Source: the human T2T-CHM13v2.0 reference genome, Homo sapiens. From it: a stretch of DNA of 64,000 bases. Position numbers and translations under genes: made by a program. Position 1 is the first letter of the stretch; each line of letters opens with the position of its first letter. The notes under the pieces were generated by a model. The model ran no database searches. It saw nothing but the letters and a program-made list of their open reading frames with translations, and was not told the origin of the DNA. Location of the stretch: the NCBI RefSeq assembly GCF_009914755.1, contig NC_060948.1. One strand, given 5' to 3'. Below are positions 42,609-56,900 of this stretch, piece after piece.

Positions 42609-43244
42609 ATATCTATTACCTGTATCTTTCTTAAAATTGTACGTTAGCCATTTTTACTAGTTTTGAAAATGTTTTTTAAAAGAGAAAATAGTGTTTTGCA
42701 AAAGTTAGCAGACAATTTTATTGAAGTCCCTAATGCCTAATTTTTTAAGTGATTATTTGCATAACATATATTTTATCAAATGTGTTGCATTATGTTAATG
42801 GCATTTTGATTGTTAGTATTAATTTATGTGATAAATATTTCCTACATTAAAAAATTTAATACCAATAAATAAATAGCCTTCTTTCATTCAGAGCACATAT
42901 GGCTCTTTCAATGGGGCAAAGAGGTATCCAACTGCTACTGACTTTAAGCAGATCAAAAATTCTTTTCAGGTTGAGCAGGACACAAATTAGTCACAATCAA
43001 TCACATTATCTGTTCTCTTACACCTTCCAATTCCACTCTGAATAGTATCCACAGGAAAGAATTAGTAGGAAATTAAATTATAATCATGTATTCTGGAGAA
43101 TGTATAGAAAGTATTAAAGGACTGTGTAGAAGAAATTTGAATAGAACATAAAGGCATTAGATTCGTGTGAAAAGAACACAGCAGCATATGTGCCTTGTGA
43201 TATAATGTCAGACAAATTTCTTTCATATAATTAGCGAACCCTGG

Positions 43245-43591
43245 TGTTGCAGAACTTTGCTTCTTAGTTCAGCTAAAACCAAGTTCTTGTGACACGACCA
43301 GGAAGTTAGGCATGCAGGCACATTGAAGGGTGAGGGGAATGGAATTTATTGGGCAAAAAGGAAAAAAAAACAACAACAAAAAACACCTCTCAACAAAGCG
43401 AGAGGAGTTCCTGCTAACAGGCTGCCACCTCACAGGTTGATTTTAGGCCACACACAGTAACTGAAGAGGCCAGGCTCCTCCCCTGTGTAAACAGCACAAA
43501 CTTCCCATGGCTCCACCCTGTTCTCCCAGTGCACAGGCCGGTAGGAGATTGTCGGGAGACCCTCTCCCTTATCTGCTTTCTGCATCTATCA
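43245..43591 (-). mobile_element. MER61-like solo LTR
   Basis: TG...CA termini, ctgg TSD; ccaggctcctcccctg is the reverse complement of the motif in 20271-20606. Confidence 0.75.
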
Positions 43592-43756
43592 CTGGCTTAC
43601 TATGTACATGAATATAAGACAGAAATTTTAATGTAACAACTAGGAAGCAAAAAAAAAAAAAAAAAATTACACAGTTTTACAGCCTGTTAATGAAATTCCA
43701 TTTTCATTGTTATGGGTGGTGTGCATTTTTAGAATTATAATATTTAATAGCATAGG

Positions 43757-46039
43757 TGTATTAGTCCATTTTCACGCTGATCATAAAGATATACCCAAGA
43801 CTGGGCAATTTACAAAAGAAAGAGATTTAACGCACTTACAGTTCCACTTGGCTAGGGAGGCCTCACAGTCACAACAGAAGATGAAAGACATGTCTGACAA
43901 GGAGGCAGACAAGAAAAGAGCACTTGTGCAGGGAAATCCCCGTTTTTAAAACCATCAGATCTCATGAGACTTATTCACCATCATGAGAACAGCATGGGAA
44001 AGAACCACTCCCGTGATTGAATCACATCCCACCAGGTCCATATCACAATATGTGGAAATTCAAGATAAGATTTGAATGGCGACACAGCCAAACCGTATCA
44101 TTCCACCCCAGCCTCTCCCAAATCTCATGTCCTCACATTTCAAAACCAATCATGCCTTCCCAACAGTCCCCCAAGTCTTAACTCATTTTAGCATTAACTC
44201 AAAAGTCCAACATCTCATCTGAGACAAAGCAAGTCCTTTCTGCCCATGAGCCTGTAAAATCAAAAGCAAATTAGTTACTTCCTAGATACAATGTGGGTAT
44301 AGGGATTGGGTAAATACAGCCATTCCAAATGGCAGAAATTGGCCAAAACAAAGGGGCTACAGACCCCATGCAAGTCGGAAATCCAGCAGGGCAGTCAAAC
44401 CTTAAAGCTCCAAAATGATCTCCTTTGACTCCATGTCTCACATCCAGGTCACGCTGATGCAAGTGGTGGGTTCCTGAGGTCTTGGGTAGCTCCACCCCTG
44501 TGGCTTTGTAGGGTACAGCCTCCTTTCTGGCTGCTTTCACAGGTTGGCATTGAGTGTCTGTGGCTTTTACAGGCGCACGGTGCAAACTGTCAGTGGATCT
44601 ATCCTTCTGGATTTTGGAGGACGGTGGCCCTCTTCTCACAGCTCCAGTAGGTGGTGTCTCAGTAGAAACTCTATGTGGGGGCTCAGACCCCACATTTTCT
44701 TTCCTCACTGCCCCAGCAGAGGTTCTCTATGAGAGTCCTGCCCCTGCAGAAAACTTCTGCCTGGGCATCCAGGCGTTTCCATTCATCTTCTGAAATCTAG
44801 GCAGAGGTTCCCAAACCTCAATTCTTGACTTCTGTGCATTTGCACACTCAACACCATGTGGAAGCTGCCAAGGCTTTGGAATTGCGTCCTCTGAAGCCAC
44901 GGCCTGAGCTATATGTTGGCCCCTTTCAGCCACAGCTGGAGTGGCTGGGATGCAGGGCACTAAGTCCCTAGGCTGCACACAGCACAGGGACCCTTTGCTC
45001 AGCTCGCAAAACTGCTTTTTCCTCCTAGACCTCTAGGCTTGTTATGGGAGGGGCTGCCATGAAGACCTCTGACATGCCCTGGAGACATTTTCCCAGTTGT
45101 CTTGGGGAATAACATTAGGCTCCTTGTTACTGATGCAAAGTTCTGCGGCCGGCTTGGATTTCTCCTCAGAAAATGGGATTTTATTTTCTATCGCATTGTC
45201 AGGCTGCAAATTTTCTGAACTTTTATGCTCTGCTTCCTTTTTAAAACTGAATGATTTTAACAGCGCCCAAGTCACCTCTTAAAGGCTTTGCTGCTTAGAA
45301 ATTTCTTCCGCCAGATACCCTAAATAATCTCTCTCAGAGTCTATGTTCCACAAATCTCCAGGGCAGTGGCAAAACTCTTGCTAAACCATAACAAGAGTCG
45401 CCTTTGCTCCAGTTCCCAAAAAATTTCGCATATCCCTCTGAGACCACCTCAGACTGGATTTCATTGTCCATATTTTCAGGATTTTGGTCAAAGCTATTCA
45501 ACAAGTCTCTAGGGAGTTCCAAACTTTCCCACAATTTCCTGTCTTCTTCTGAGCCCTCCAAACTGTTCCAACCTCTGCCTGTTACCCAGTTCCAAAGTCG
45601 TTTCCACCTTTCCCAGTATCTTTTCAGCAGCACTCCACTCTACTGGTAACAATTTACTGTATTATTCCATTTTCGCACTGCCAATAAAGACATATCACAC
45701 TGCTGATAAAGACATACCTGAGACTGGGCAATTTACAGAAAAAAAAAAGAGAGAGAGAGAGAGATTTAATGGACTTACAGTTCCACGTGGCTTGGGAGGC
45801 CTCATGATCATGACAGAAGGTAAAAGGCACATCTCACATCGTGGCAGACAAGAGAATAGAGTCTGTGCAGGGAAACTCCCCTTTTTAAAATCATCAGGTC
45901 TTGTGAAACTTATTCACCATCAAGAGAACAGCATGGGAAAGACCCACCCTTATGATTCAATCACCTCCCACTGGGTCCCTCCCACAACACATGGGAATTC
46001 AAGATGAGATTTGGTTGGGGACACAGCCAAACCTTATCA
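43757..46039 (-). mobile_element. Full-length THE1 (THE1B-like) MaLR: LTR 43757-44100, internal 44101-45657, LTR 45658-46039
   Basis: Two homologous LTRs tgtatta...tatca, ~1.56-kb internal region with THE1-int peptides (GSEPPHRV, WNSLEGSEEDRK), near-TSD atagg/ataga. Confidence 0.93.
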
Positions 46040-46394
46040 ATAGAAAAGTTTAAATTTTTCTCCTGAAGGTTCAATTATTTGAGTCTGTAAAACCAACTAA
46101 TAGACAATATTGGGATGCAGAAAATGAATACAAAAAATATGGTGCTTGGGCATGCTTTGTGCTTTTGAAAATGAAAAGACCTCAGAAATAAGCCTCAGAA
46201 TCAAGGTCCTTCTAACCTTGTTGCATTCCTCCCACTCCTCAAGAAGCATTTTCTTTTTCTGAGACAGGGTCTCACTTTGTCACCCAGGCTGCCCTGCAGT
46301 AGCACTATCATAGCTCACTATTGTCTCAACTTCCCAGGCTCAAGCCATCCTCTCACCTCAGCCTCCTGAGTAGCTGAGACCACAGCTGCGTGCC

Positions 46395-46748
46395 TGTATT
46401 AGTCCGTTTTCACACTGCTGATAAAGACGCACCTGAGACTGGGCAATTTACAAAAGAAAGAAGTTTAATGGACTTACAGTTCTACATGGCTGGGGAAGCC
46501 TCACAATCATGATGGAAGGCAAGAAAGAGCAAGTCATATCTTACATGGATGGCAGCAAGCAAAGAGACAGCTTTTGCCGAGAAACTCCCCCTTATACAAC
46601 TATCAGATCTCATGAGATTTATTGGCTATCACAAGAACAGCAGGAGAAAGACCTGCCTCCATGATTTAATTATCTCCCTCCAGGTCCCTCCCACAACACG
46701 TGGGAATTCAAGATGAGATTTTGGTGGGGACACAGCCATATCATATCA
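46395..46748 (-). mobile_element. THE1 solo LTR
   Basis: tgtattagtccgttttcacactgctgataaagac...catatca; homologous to 43757-44100. Confidence 0.9.
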
Positions 46749-46755
46749 ATGTCAC

Positions 46756-47466
46756 TGTCAACGAAAAGAGCCGAACTCTGTAAAATATTTGAAGAGATTT
46801 ATTCAGAGCCAAATATGAGTGACCATGGCTGGTGACACAGCCCTCAGGAGGTCCTGAGAACATGTGCCCAAGGGGGTTGGGATGTAGCTTGGTTTTATAC
46901 CTTATAGGGAGGAATGAGACATCAATCAAATACATTTAATAAATACATTGGTTTGGTTCAGAAAGGTGGTACAACTCAAAGTGGGGGCTTCCAGGCTGTA
47001 GGTAAATTTAAATACTTTCTGGTTGACAATTGGTTGAGTTGGTCTAGAGACCTGGGATTGACAGAAAGGAAATGTTAAGGTTAAGATAAAAGACTGTGGA
47101 GACCAAGGTTATTTTGAAGCCTTATAGTGGCTGCCCTTAGAGACAATAGATGACTAATGTTTTCTATTCGGATCTTTAAAAGGTGCTAGATTTTTAGTCA
47201 ATCTGTTTAGGATTGGGAGGGTCTGGAAGAAAAAGATTGGCTATGTTAATAGAGATTCTTTACAGATGTAAATTTTCTTCCACAAAGGACAGCTTTGCAG
47301 GGCCATTTCAAGATATGGCAAAGAAACATGTTTTCACATAAAATATTTTGATTTACTTCCATGTCTCATAATATTGTGCCAGAGTCAGGTTGGAAAGTAA
47401 GTCATGATATATAGGACTAAATAAAACCCATCTGATGAAAATTTATGGTTTGTAGGGCATGATTTC
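46756..47466 (-). mobile_element. MER4 LTR (truncated)
   Basis: tgtcaacgaaaagagccgaactctgtaaaatatttgaagagatttatt...gccctcaggaggtcctgagaacatgtgccc. Confidence 0.8.
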
Positions 47467-47949
47467 CCATGTTCTCCAGGCTAGTCTCAAACTCATGGCC
47501 TCAAGCAATCCTCCTGCCTTGAACTCCCAAACTACTGATATTACAAGCATAAGCCACGATGCTCAGTGCAGAGCAGGAAAGCTTCATACCAACAGAAACA
47601 TAATTCCTTTCAATTTCTTCCCTGAAATGTCACCAATTTCAGAATAGAAGACTAAAGAAGGCAACCACACCAAATAGACTTTTTTTGCAAGATAATGCCT
47701 GACTCTTGAACTGATTTAAATTCCAAAGAGAATCACTTATGAGTTAATTTCTGTCTCCCTGGTCCATTCATTCTCTCTAATAATCACTTACTGCTGCCCA
47801 AAAGAATTTTCTACATTCCTTATCACCTCCCTCCCCTATGAAAAAGAGTACACTTCTATATCCCATTGAGGGTTTGGGGTAATCATTTTTCCCCCAACCC
47901 CTGCCCCTCATGCATGTTAATAAAATTTGTATGCCTTTTATCCCATTAA

Positions 47950-49462
47950 TGAAACTGCCTTTGTAAAATTATGGCAATAAGAGAAATCTGACATCATTGA
48001 CTTCATCTCACTCATAATTTTGAAGCTCTCCTCAGTAATTCATGGGCATAGGCCAAGCAAACTTTGGGAGAGATTTAGTTTGTAGTTTAATCTTAAAGCA
48101 AGGGTGATAATAGCTCTTCCCCAAACTAAATCAGCCTTGTAAAACTAATGAAAGTCCCTGCAAGTAAGATTATGAGAGGGACTTGAATTCTGCTAAGATG
48201 TAGGCATAGTTTCTATAATCCCTTACTGCTCAGGACTCAGGTAGCTGGAGATGACAAGATTCATGACTTCCACAGTTGCTCTTATAGATAATATCACTAT
48301 TGTGGAAGCTAAGATTCATCTTTTGAGATTTTTTTTTGCACACTTTTGTGTTCTGGCAACCAAGTTAATCCATCTGGACTTCTGATTCATGACTCAACCA
48401 GTCCTGTGGCCCCCCACTGAGAGGTGGACTCAACGCATGAGGACCATTTTTCACACTCCTATTATGGCAACTTCAACTGTTAGCGGTGGCAAATATCCAG
48501 GTTGCCAGTGCTGAATCTGTATGGGTCTGCAGCAACTTCAATTCTTGCCTCTTCAGAAGAAAGAATTCTACTGAGGTGCATAAGGCAGAAAAAGAGACTG
48601 GGGCAAGTTTCAGAGTGGGAGTGGAAGTTTATTGAAAAGCTTTAGAGCAGGAAAGAAAGGAAAATACACTTGGAAGGGATCCAAGTGGGCATCTTGGAAA
48701 TCAAGCACCTTGTTTAACCTTGAACCTCAGATTTTATATGCCGGTCTACTTCTAGCATCTTGCATCCTTTTCCTTTCAGTCTTCCCTAAAGGTGAGTCAC
48801 CCGCATGCATGGTGCCCTCCTTGCACTCGGGAGGTGAACACGCACAGTGTGTTTAAGTAGTCGTAAGCATGCTCACCTGAGGCTTTCTTCCTTTTCTGGT
48901 GAAATGCCCTGGGAAGGTCATACTTTACCATTTTATCTCTTAATGTACATGCTCAAGCCAACTCACCCCATTCCTGAGTTGTTATTGGAAGCTGTCAATT
49001 ACCAATTTCAAGTGTTTTTATCTATTGAGAAATTGCCTCTTTCTGGCATTGGCTGTGATGAATTATTATTTTAGAAAGCCCAACCATCTGGAAACTGCCT
49101 CTCTCTGGTATGAGCTGCAATCAATTCTCATTCTAGAGAGGCAGTGTGATAACTGCTAGGCCATCACCTGATGTTTGCCTGACATTCCCAGTGGGTGGAG
49201 GGTGAGCCCTCTCATGCCCCTCTGATGCCTGCCTAGCTATATACTGAAACACAACCAATCAGTAACTGCCATTACCTAGTCTTCTCCCTGCATACCAAAT
49301 TTTCTTGAAAGACCATAACTCTAAGCCTTCAAGGAGACTGATTTGGGTAAAAAGCATGTCTCCTATGTGGCCAGTTTCCTGTAAAATAAATCCTTTCCTT
49401 ACTGCAATGCTGTGATCTCAGTGTTTGTGCAGCAGGCAGGAAAAGGCCATCAAATGATTACA
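47950..49462 (+). mobile_element. LTR8-like solo LTR, interrupted by LTR9
   Basis: tgaaactgcctttgtaaaattatg...gattaca; near-TSD ttaa/ttga. Confidence 0.75.
48478..49251 (-). mobile_element. LTR9 solo LTR
   Basis: TG...CA termini, perfect caac TSD. Confidence 0.8.
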
Positions 49463-49901
49463 TTGATATGCTTCTTTTTAATTTGATTTTTATAGAATCT
49501 TCAGAGCACAAAGGAAAAGTTTTCCCTTGTCCCCTACAGAAATTAGCAGAAAAAAAGACATACAAATGTATTGGCATGAATATGTGAGCATGAGAGTCAT
49601 ACAAATAAAAATCCTGAAAGAAAAGGAAGATGACTGATGCTTAAATATTCACTTCATTGAAGAGAGGGGAGATGGAGGCTTGTAGGAGTAAATGATATTC
49701 AGAGGAAATTAATGAACCTAAAGAACAGCAGCCCAGAAACAGGTTTCTCTGAGCTCTGAAGAATGTCACATTATGGGTTATAGAAAAATGAAGGAAGGAA
49801 TTTATGTCAAGCAAAGGTAATCTTGTTATGCAGATAAAAATATTCCAGGTAATCTCTGAGCTGCCTTTAGAAAAAGTAGATGATAGTTTGTGGTTGGTTA
49901 A

Positions 49902-50230
<329 letters not shown>

Positions 50231-50631
50231 GAAAGTCTGTTTATTTTACCAATGCAGTTTTTTTCTTTTTTTTTTCTTTTTTCTTTTTTACAAATGCACA
50301 TCTCTTCTGCAAAAGGCAGCTTTGCCAAGGTATTCCTGTGTGCAGGTTCTCTGAATAGCTTTCTGGAAATATCTCAAAAAAGTAGACTTTGGGGTAAAAT
50401 ATTTTTGGTTTCCCATAATGGCGTGTTATCCTTTGTATTCTGCCTAACTACATTTCTCCTTTCTCTGATAACCTATCTCTTGTTAATGGAAATAATACCG
50501 ATGACGATCCTTCAGAAACATAAAATCTGAGGCTACAAATCTTTGGCAAAGGAGAAAGTGATAGTTATGACTCTTACATGAGGTTATGTTAATAAAATTC
50601 TAGTTGCTAATAATCAGAAATAAGACAAAAA

Positions 50632-50745
50632 GTCTGTCTTCTCTGTCTCTATCTCTTTCTCTCTCTATATATATTTATGTATATATGTATGTATATATGG
50701 GTATGTGTATATCTATATATGTGTGTATATATGTGTGTGTGCATA
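50632..50745. repeat. Compound (CT)n(TA)n(TG)n microsatellite
   Basis: ctctctctatatatatttatgtatatatg...tgtgtgtgtg. Confidence 0.85.
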
Positions 50746-51372
50746 CGCATCCACCACACAGACCCCCCAGAATAGCAATAGCAATAGAATTTCAGGGTGT
50801 TAGATGGACTACATTGTGAGACCAAAGCAAATATTTGATGGTTACTATGCCAATTATGAAGGAGATAAAGCGGACAAGAGAGAATGAGAGAGAGAAAATA
50901 ATTTCAATTTAAAGGCAGTGGAAAAATGGCCCCAAAATCTTTCATATATTATTAATATCATCAGTTTATATTGTGTATGACAGAATAATTTTTCCTTCTT
51001 ATTTTTTAGAAAGATGTACATATTTCAGAGGTAAGATTTAGGTTTCAGGTGTTCTCCAACCTTTCTGCATATCAGCACAAACACCTAATGAATGTATTAC
51101 AAATGTTAGTTTCTTAGCTCTACTAAATCTGAATCCTTTGAAGTATCTATTTTAACAGGCTCTCTGGAGTGATGATCCTGATGTAACTGGCCCCTGGAGA
51201 GACATTTGGGATAATGTAAGTTTGGTAACTATTTCTTTTTTTTTTTAGTGGTAATGAAATGTCATTGAGATTTTCTTTTATCTTTCTTGTTATAAGATGT
51301 TAAATACACTTTGATGCCAAAAAATAACCAGAATTCTTGATATTCTGCATTCCTGATGTTTCATTTCAATTT

Positions 51373-51892
51373 TGACAAAAGACCATGAGATCTGCAGAGA
51401 AAAAAAGAAGAGCTATATTTTCTATAAGCAGTCTGCAGATTGGGGAGATACAACCTTCAATGCAAACTGAAAATGTGCTCTGAGGAGAGGTTGCAGAGTT
51501 AGAGCTTATAAAGGCACAAACAGTAGGGCAAGAGAAGGGAGTTAGGAGAGTGAGAAATAGAATGTTTTGACTGGATGAGCTTTAAGCCCAAACTCATCAG
51601 TCTTTCTTAATTGACTGGTTTCAGGTGATTAATTTGTTGACAGGAGATAGTCTGTTGGTGATCAGTTGGGAAATATCCAGCTGCAGTCTATCTCAAGATT
51701 GACAACAAGAATTAGTTTGGCTTCATTGTGAAAAGGTAGGTTCATTGACACTTTTACATCTTTCAGAGAACACAGAGTGGGTGACCATTCCCTCACCCAG
51801 CCATGGCCACCTAATTCTGTTTAACTTGGAGCACCTCGGTGAGGCATGGGGAGTCCATATTATCTGTCAACTGGGCGCATAGTTCAACGTTG
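51373..51892 (-). mobile_element. ERV1 solo LTR (MER67-like)
   Basis: Reverse complement shares cagagcacattttca, ccaatctgcagactg, tctgcagatctcatggtctt and gactccccatg with 14826-15328. Confidence 0.6.
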
Positions 51893-52904
51893 AACAAAAG
51901 TGACAGAGCTTGGGTTTATAAGTATTTTGTTTACATGTAACATGATGAGACAGGCACTAGGTATATTGTTTTTTAATCTCAAAATTCAAGCTGAAAGATT
52001 AAACTTGATTATTGTTGATTTATGGAAGTTTGGGGTCATCTTAAGTTCTAAAAATTTTTGTTTTAGAAAATTTAACTTATATTTTAATAAATTAGTATAA
52101 AATTTTGCATCTAGTTTGTTCAGGTGATTTCTAACATTTTAGTAAAAAATGTATTAATCATTAATGTATTAATGATCTTTTAAGAGTCTTTGGATCAAGA
52201 ACATTGTTAATTAGTGAATTGCTTTCAATTATGCGAAAATGAGCAGAAATAAAATGGATTATATACAGACTATGTTGCAAGTTAATATCTGGAAGCCTGA
52301 TTTTATACCTATCTAATCTATGCAAACAATTTTCATCAAACTGCCAGTTTCTCATCTTTGAAAGAAAAATTTGAAGCTTATTTTTCATTTCTGGCTAGTT
52401 CATGTTGTCCATTAACTCTTCCCTCCCAGAAATTTCTTTCAAATAAGAAGAGTTTAACTGATTATTAGAAAATTTCAGTATAGAAACAGATAAAATAGTA
52501 TTGATTAATCAGAAGCAATCCAAATAGTTTAATGTCTGGTTACTTCAATTTTTTTTGTTTATTCATTTTAGATTTTTATTTCCTAGTGCCACAGTTATTT
52601 AAAAGTGGATTAAGATTCAACTAAAAAGTAGAGCTATATAATCTGTATAATAGCAGATGTAATTGACACAAATCCAGAGAATTTACCTTAAAGAATAAAC
52701 AAATTTAACATGCTATAAAAATAATGTGTCATAAATTAAGTGAACAAAATGTCAAGAAAAGTTTAAGTTTTTAAATATATCTAAGTAATTATAAATGCAT
52801 TTCTTTCTCTTTTTTTTTAGTAGCATTAGGGGAAAATTGTAAGTAACGTAATTGTAAATGAATAGCTTGAATGTAAAATACATTACTTCCCCGCCTAGAT
52901 CTTT

Positions 52905-53215
52905 TTTCTAATTTTGTTTTTATTGACACATTATAATGGTTTATATTTATAGAGTACGTTGTGATGTTTCCATACATATATACATTGTATAAAATCAAAT
53001 CAGAATATTTAGCATATTCATCATCTCATACAGTTACCATTTGTTTGTGGTAATAACATTCAAAATTCTATCTTGTAGGTATTTTGAACTACACCATACA
53101 GTATAGTTAACAATAGGCACCCTGCTGTGCAAATAGAGCACCAGAACTTATTTCTCCTAAGTATAACTGTAAACATTGGCCACTCTCTCCCTATTACTCT
53201 TCTACCACCCCCCTT
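52905..53215 (-). mobile_element. L1MA 3' end
   Basis: tttattgacacattataat...catacatatatacattgtat...gtgcaaatagagcaccagaacttatt. Confidence 0.75.
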
Positions 53216-53282
53216 TAAAATTTTGGCCGCATTTTCTTTTGGGCAAGCAGAAACAGCAGTTAAGAGGAGTAAGAAGTTCCAG

Positions 53283-53470
53283 ACTAGTGGTTCTGAATTC
53301 TGCACACATATCAAAATAAGTCTGGTGAAGGGGTTAAATTTAAAAGTATTTGATTTCAGGTCCTCACACCCAGATTAATTAACACAAAATATCTGGAGGT
53401 AAAGGCTAGGTATTTTGAAAAATAATAAACCTCGGTGATTTCATTTCACAGCTAGAAATAGAACCAGTGC
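53283..53470. mobile_element. MER5A-like hAT element
   Basis: agtggttctgaattctgcacacatatcaaaat ... agaaccagtg inverted ends. Confidence 0.5.
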
Positions 53471-53962
53471 TTTAGACAGGTATTTTTTTTAAATTAGATA
53501 TAATAAATTATTTGTTTTAGCATAAGATTAAATTTCTATAAAAAGCATATATTCTAGTGTGAGGAATATAATTGCACACTATGTGCCATAGTAGAATATA
53601 ATTTGGCTACTTCTAGAATACATTTCAAAATACATATTTATTATATATTACAGCAGAATGTGTGAGTTTCTTTGTTTTGTGGCTATGGTCTAATGTGAAC
53701 TATTTTATCATGCCTTTCTAAGCATGCATTCAGAGTTTATATGTAAAATCTGAAAAAATACCCATAGTATAATTACAATTTTAAAAAGTATGTGAATTAT
53801 AACCCTATTTTTTAAATGTAAGTTATTTACAGTATTTTTACATGAATTTTATTTGTTAAAGTATTTTGATTAAAAATATAACACATTTTTATTATTTTAG
53901 AAAATAAAGGCACAAAAACCTGTAACGATTCATAAATCAAAATCTATAATTGGGGTTATATA

Positions 53963-56900
53963 ATTTTTATTTTTATTTTATTTTATTTCAACAGCTTTTG
54001 GGGTACAAGTGATTTTCTGTTACATGGATGAATTATACAGTGGTGAATTCTAAGATTTTGGTGCACCCATCACACAAGTAGTGCACATTGTATCTGATGC
54101 GTAGTGTTTTATCCCTAGTTCCCCTCCCACCCTCCCCCTTCTGAGTCTTTAAAATCTATTATATCACTCTGTACGCCTTTGCATATTGACAGCTTAGCTC
54201 CCAATTAGGAGTGAGAACATACAGCTTTTGGTTTACAGACCCTGTGTTGCTTCACCTAGAATAATGGCCTCCATTTCCATCCAAGTTGCTGCAAAAGACA
54301 TTATCCTTTTCCTTTTAATGGCTAAGTAGTAATCAATGGTGTATATATACCACATTGTCTTCATAGTTTCAAACTTCTTTTAGCATTTCTTTTGGTGTTG
54401 ATTTGGTAATAACAAATTCACTCAGCATTCATTTGTCTGAAAATTACTTTATTTCTCCTTCATTTATAAAACTTAGTTTTGTGGGATACAAAATTATTGA
54501 CTGACAGTTGTTTTGTTTAAGGAGGTTGAAGACACGTCCCCAATCTGGTTTGTAAGGTTTCTGCTGAGAAGTCTGCTGTTAGTCTGATAAGTATTCTTTT
54601 GTAGGTTATCAGAGGCTTTTGTTTTGCTGATCTTAGAAGTCTTTCTTTCATGTTTACTGTACATAGCATGACAGCTATATACCTTGGTGAAGATATTTTT
54701 GCAGTGAACTTCTCAGGAGTTCTTCGAGCTACTTGGATTTGCATATCTAGATCTCTAGCCAGGACAAGAAAGTTTTTCTCAATTATTCCCTCAAATAAGT
54801 TTTTCAGATTTATTATTTTCTCTTTTGCCTCAGGAACATTAATTGTTCTTAGATTTGGCCATTTTACATAATTCCATATTCTTGAAGACCTTGTGAATTT
54901 CTTTTGATTCTTTTTTCTTTAATTTTTGTCTGATTGGGTTGATTCAAAAGACTTGTCTTTGAGCGCTTAAATTTTTTCTTCTATTTGTCCTACTCTATTT
55001 TTAAAACTTTCTACTGCATTTTGTAATTCCCTCAGTGTGTCTTTCATTTTCAGAAGTTCTGACTGTATTTTTTAAATTATGATATCACTCTCTCTAGAAA
55101 TTTTTTCATTCATATGCCAAACTGCTTTTTAAGTATCTTTATGGTGGTTTTTACCTCTCTCTGATATCTTCTTGAGTAGCTTAATACTTGACCTTCTGAA
55201 TTCATTATGTGGTATTTCAAAGATTTCTTCTTGGTTTGAGTCCATTCCTGGAGAGCTAGTGTGATCTTTTGGGGGTGTTATAGCATCTTATTTTGTCATA
55301 TTACCAGAATTATTTTTCTGGTTCCTTCTCATTCAGGTAGACTATTTCCCTCTAGTTATTCTTGAGCTTATGTTTGATTTTACTGTGGATTTTTGTTTTG
55401 TTTTATTTTTAAATCTTTTTTTCTTCTTAATGACGATACTTTAATGCTTATGGTAAATTATAGCCTAATTCGGTTCTTGGTGCTTTCAGGGGTGAAGATT
55501 GTAAAAGTTCTTTGGTTACAGAGAGTCTTTGTATGATGGCTTTCTCATATTCTGGTTGTAGTAGCAATGTGCTTGGTATATGAGCAAGTTTACTATCTCC
55601 TATGGGGTTGGAAGGGTAAAGGTCTCTTAAAGCTTATCTCATTACCCCGTGGCATGCACTCCTTATTTATTTATTTTACCTCAGTATTTTATGTACTTTT
55701 TTGATGTTTCAGACTTCAGGCCAGTAGAGGACATATCCCTGAGTAGAAATTGGTTGCAACTAAAGCACGTGGCTAAGTGAAATATCAGCCTTGTCAGAGG
55801 TGGCTGGAAGAGCTTTCAATGAATTGCACCGAGGTCTTATCAAGGGGAAGGGTTGGAGCCACCTTAGCTTCCCCGCCAGATCAGCAGGAAGGTCCACCTC
55901 TCAAACACACTCTTGTCCCAGTCCTATGACTATTCAGATCAGACAGGCACCCCTTTTTATCTATAGGAATGTTCATATTCCAAGTAGAGTGAAATTGTGA
56001 TTCTCTCTCATGCACGGCTGAACCTGGAGGGTGCTCTTCCTGTGGGGATGCAGTCACACCTTACGTGTTCCAGAAAGGTGGTCTGTAGTTGCACCAACAC
56101 AGAACACACCTGGGGGAAGCTCCAACTGTGACTACAGTGGTGAGCAAAAGAAGAAAGACTTCCTTTTCCTCAAGACCCTTCATGCACACCAGGGCTGTCT
56201 GTATTGGGATAGAGCTGAAGACTTTCCCTTCTGAGTTAAACACTGCAACTGTACCTCTGCTAAAAGAAGCTTTCTACCAGGGGATAGATCTGTTTCTCAA
56301 GGCCTGCCATCCAGATTCTTTTGTCCCACAGGGTTTTCCCTTATGATACACTCCCCCTTCACCTAGGACTGGGAGTTCCTAGGAGTCAGACTACTGTGAG
56401 TGTTGTCGTTCTTAGGGGTCTAGCTGCCCAGTGAAGTTGCAACACTTCAGGCTGGTACTGGAGAATGTCTGCAAGGATCCGGTGATGTGACCTGTCCTCA
56501 AGTTTCCCAACAGTAGATAGCAGCACAAGCTCTAATGGGGGTCACAGGGAAGTGATGTAGACTCTGTGAAATTCCTTGGTTATTGATAGCCTTAGTGTTT
56601 TGGCTTTCTTGAACTTCAGTTATAGTACAATGAACTGGTCACATGGACAGACTCAGGACCTCCTGGTTGGCCAAAGTGGCGCAGGCAGTGGTGATAGCTG
56701 AGATCACACAAGCATTTTGTTCTTCCTGGGTACAGTGTTATTATGCCAGGAGAAACTGTAATGGACTGTGTTCGTTGGCCTCCAGCCAGGAGGTGGTGCC
56801 TAGAAAAGAGCACTAGCTACCGTAAAAACAGTTTGATTTTTGCTTCCTTAATTGCCCAAGGAGGTATTCTGGTTTCTCAGGCAATTGGCAGGGCCATGAA

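Larger units (their letters stand above)
46250..47568 (-). mobile_element. AluJ split into 46250-46394 and 47467-47568
   Basis: gagacagggtctcactttgtcacccaggctg...gctgcgtgcc | ... | ccatgttctccaggctagtctcaaactc...ataagccac. Confidence 0.85.

Noticed and set aside
43245-43591. p53 response element in the MER61-like LTRs
   Set aside because: Only a partial half-site (aggcatgcag) seen; no full RRRCWWGYYY pair
44271-45633. Cluster of 77-145 aa minus-strand ORFs
   Set aside because: Fragments of the common THE1-int ORF broken by stops and frameshifts
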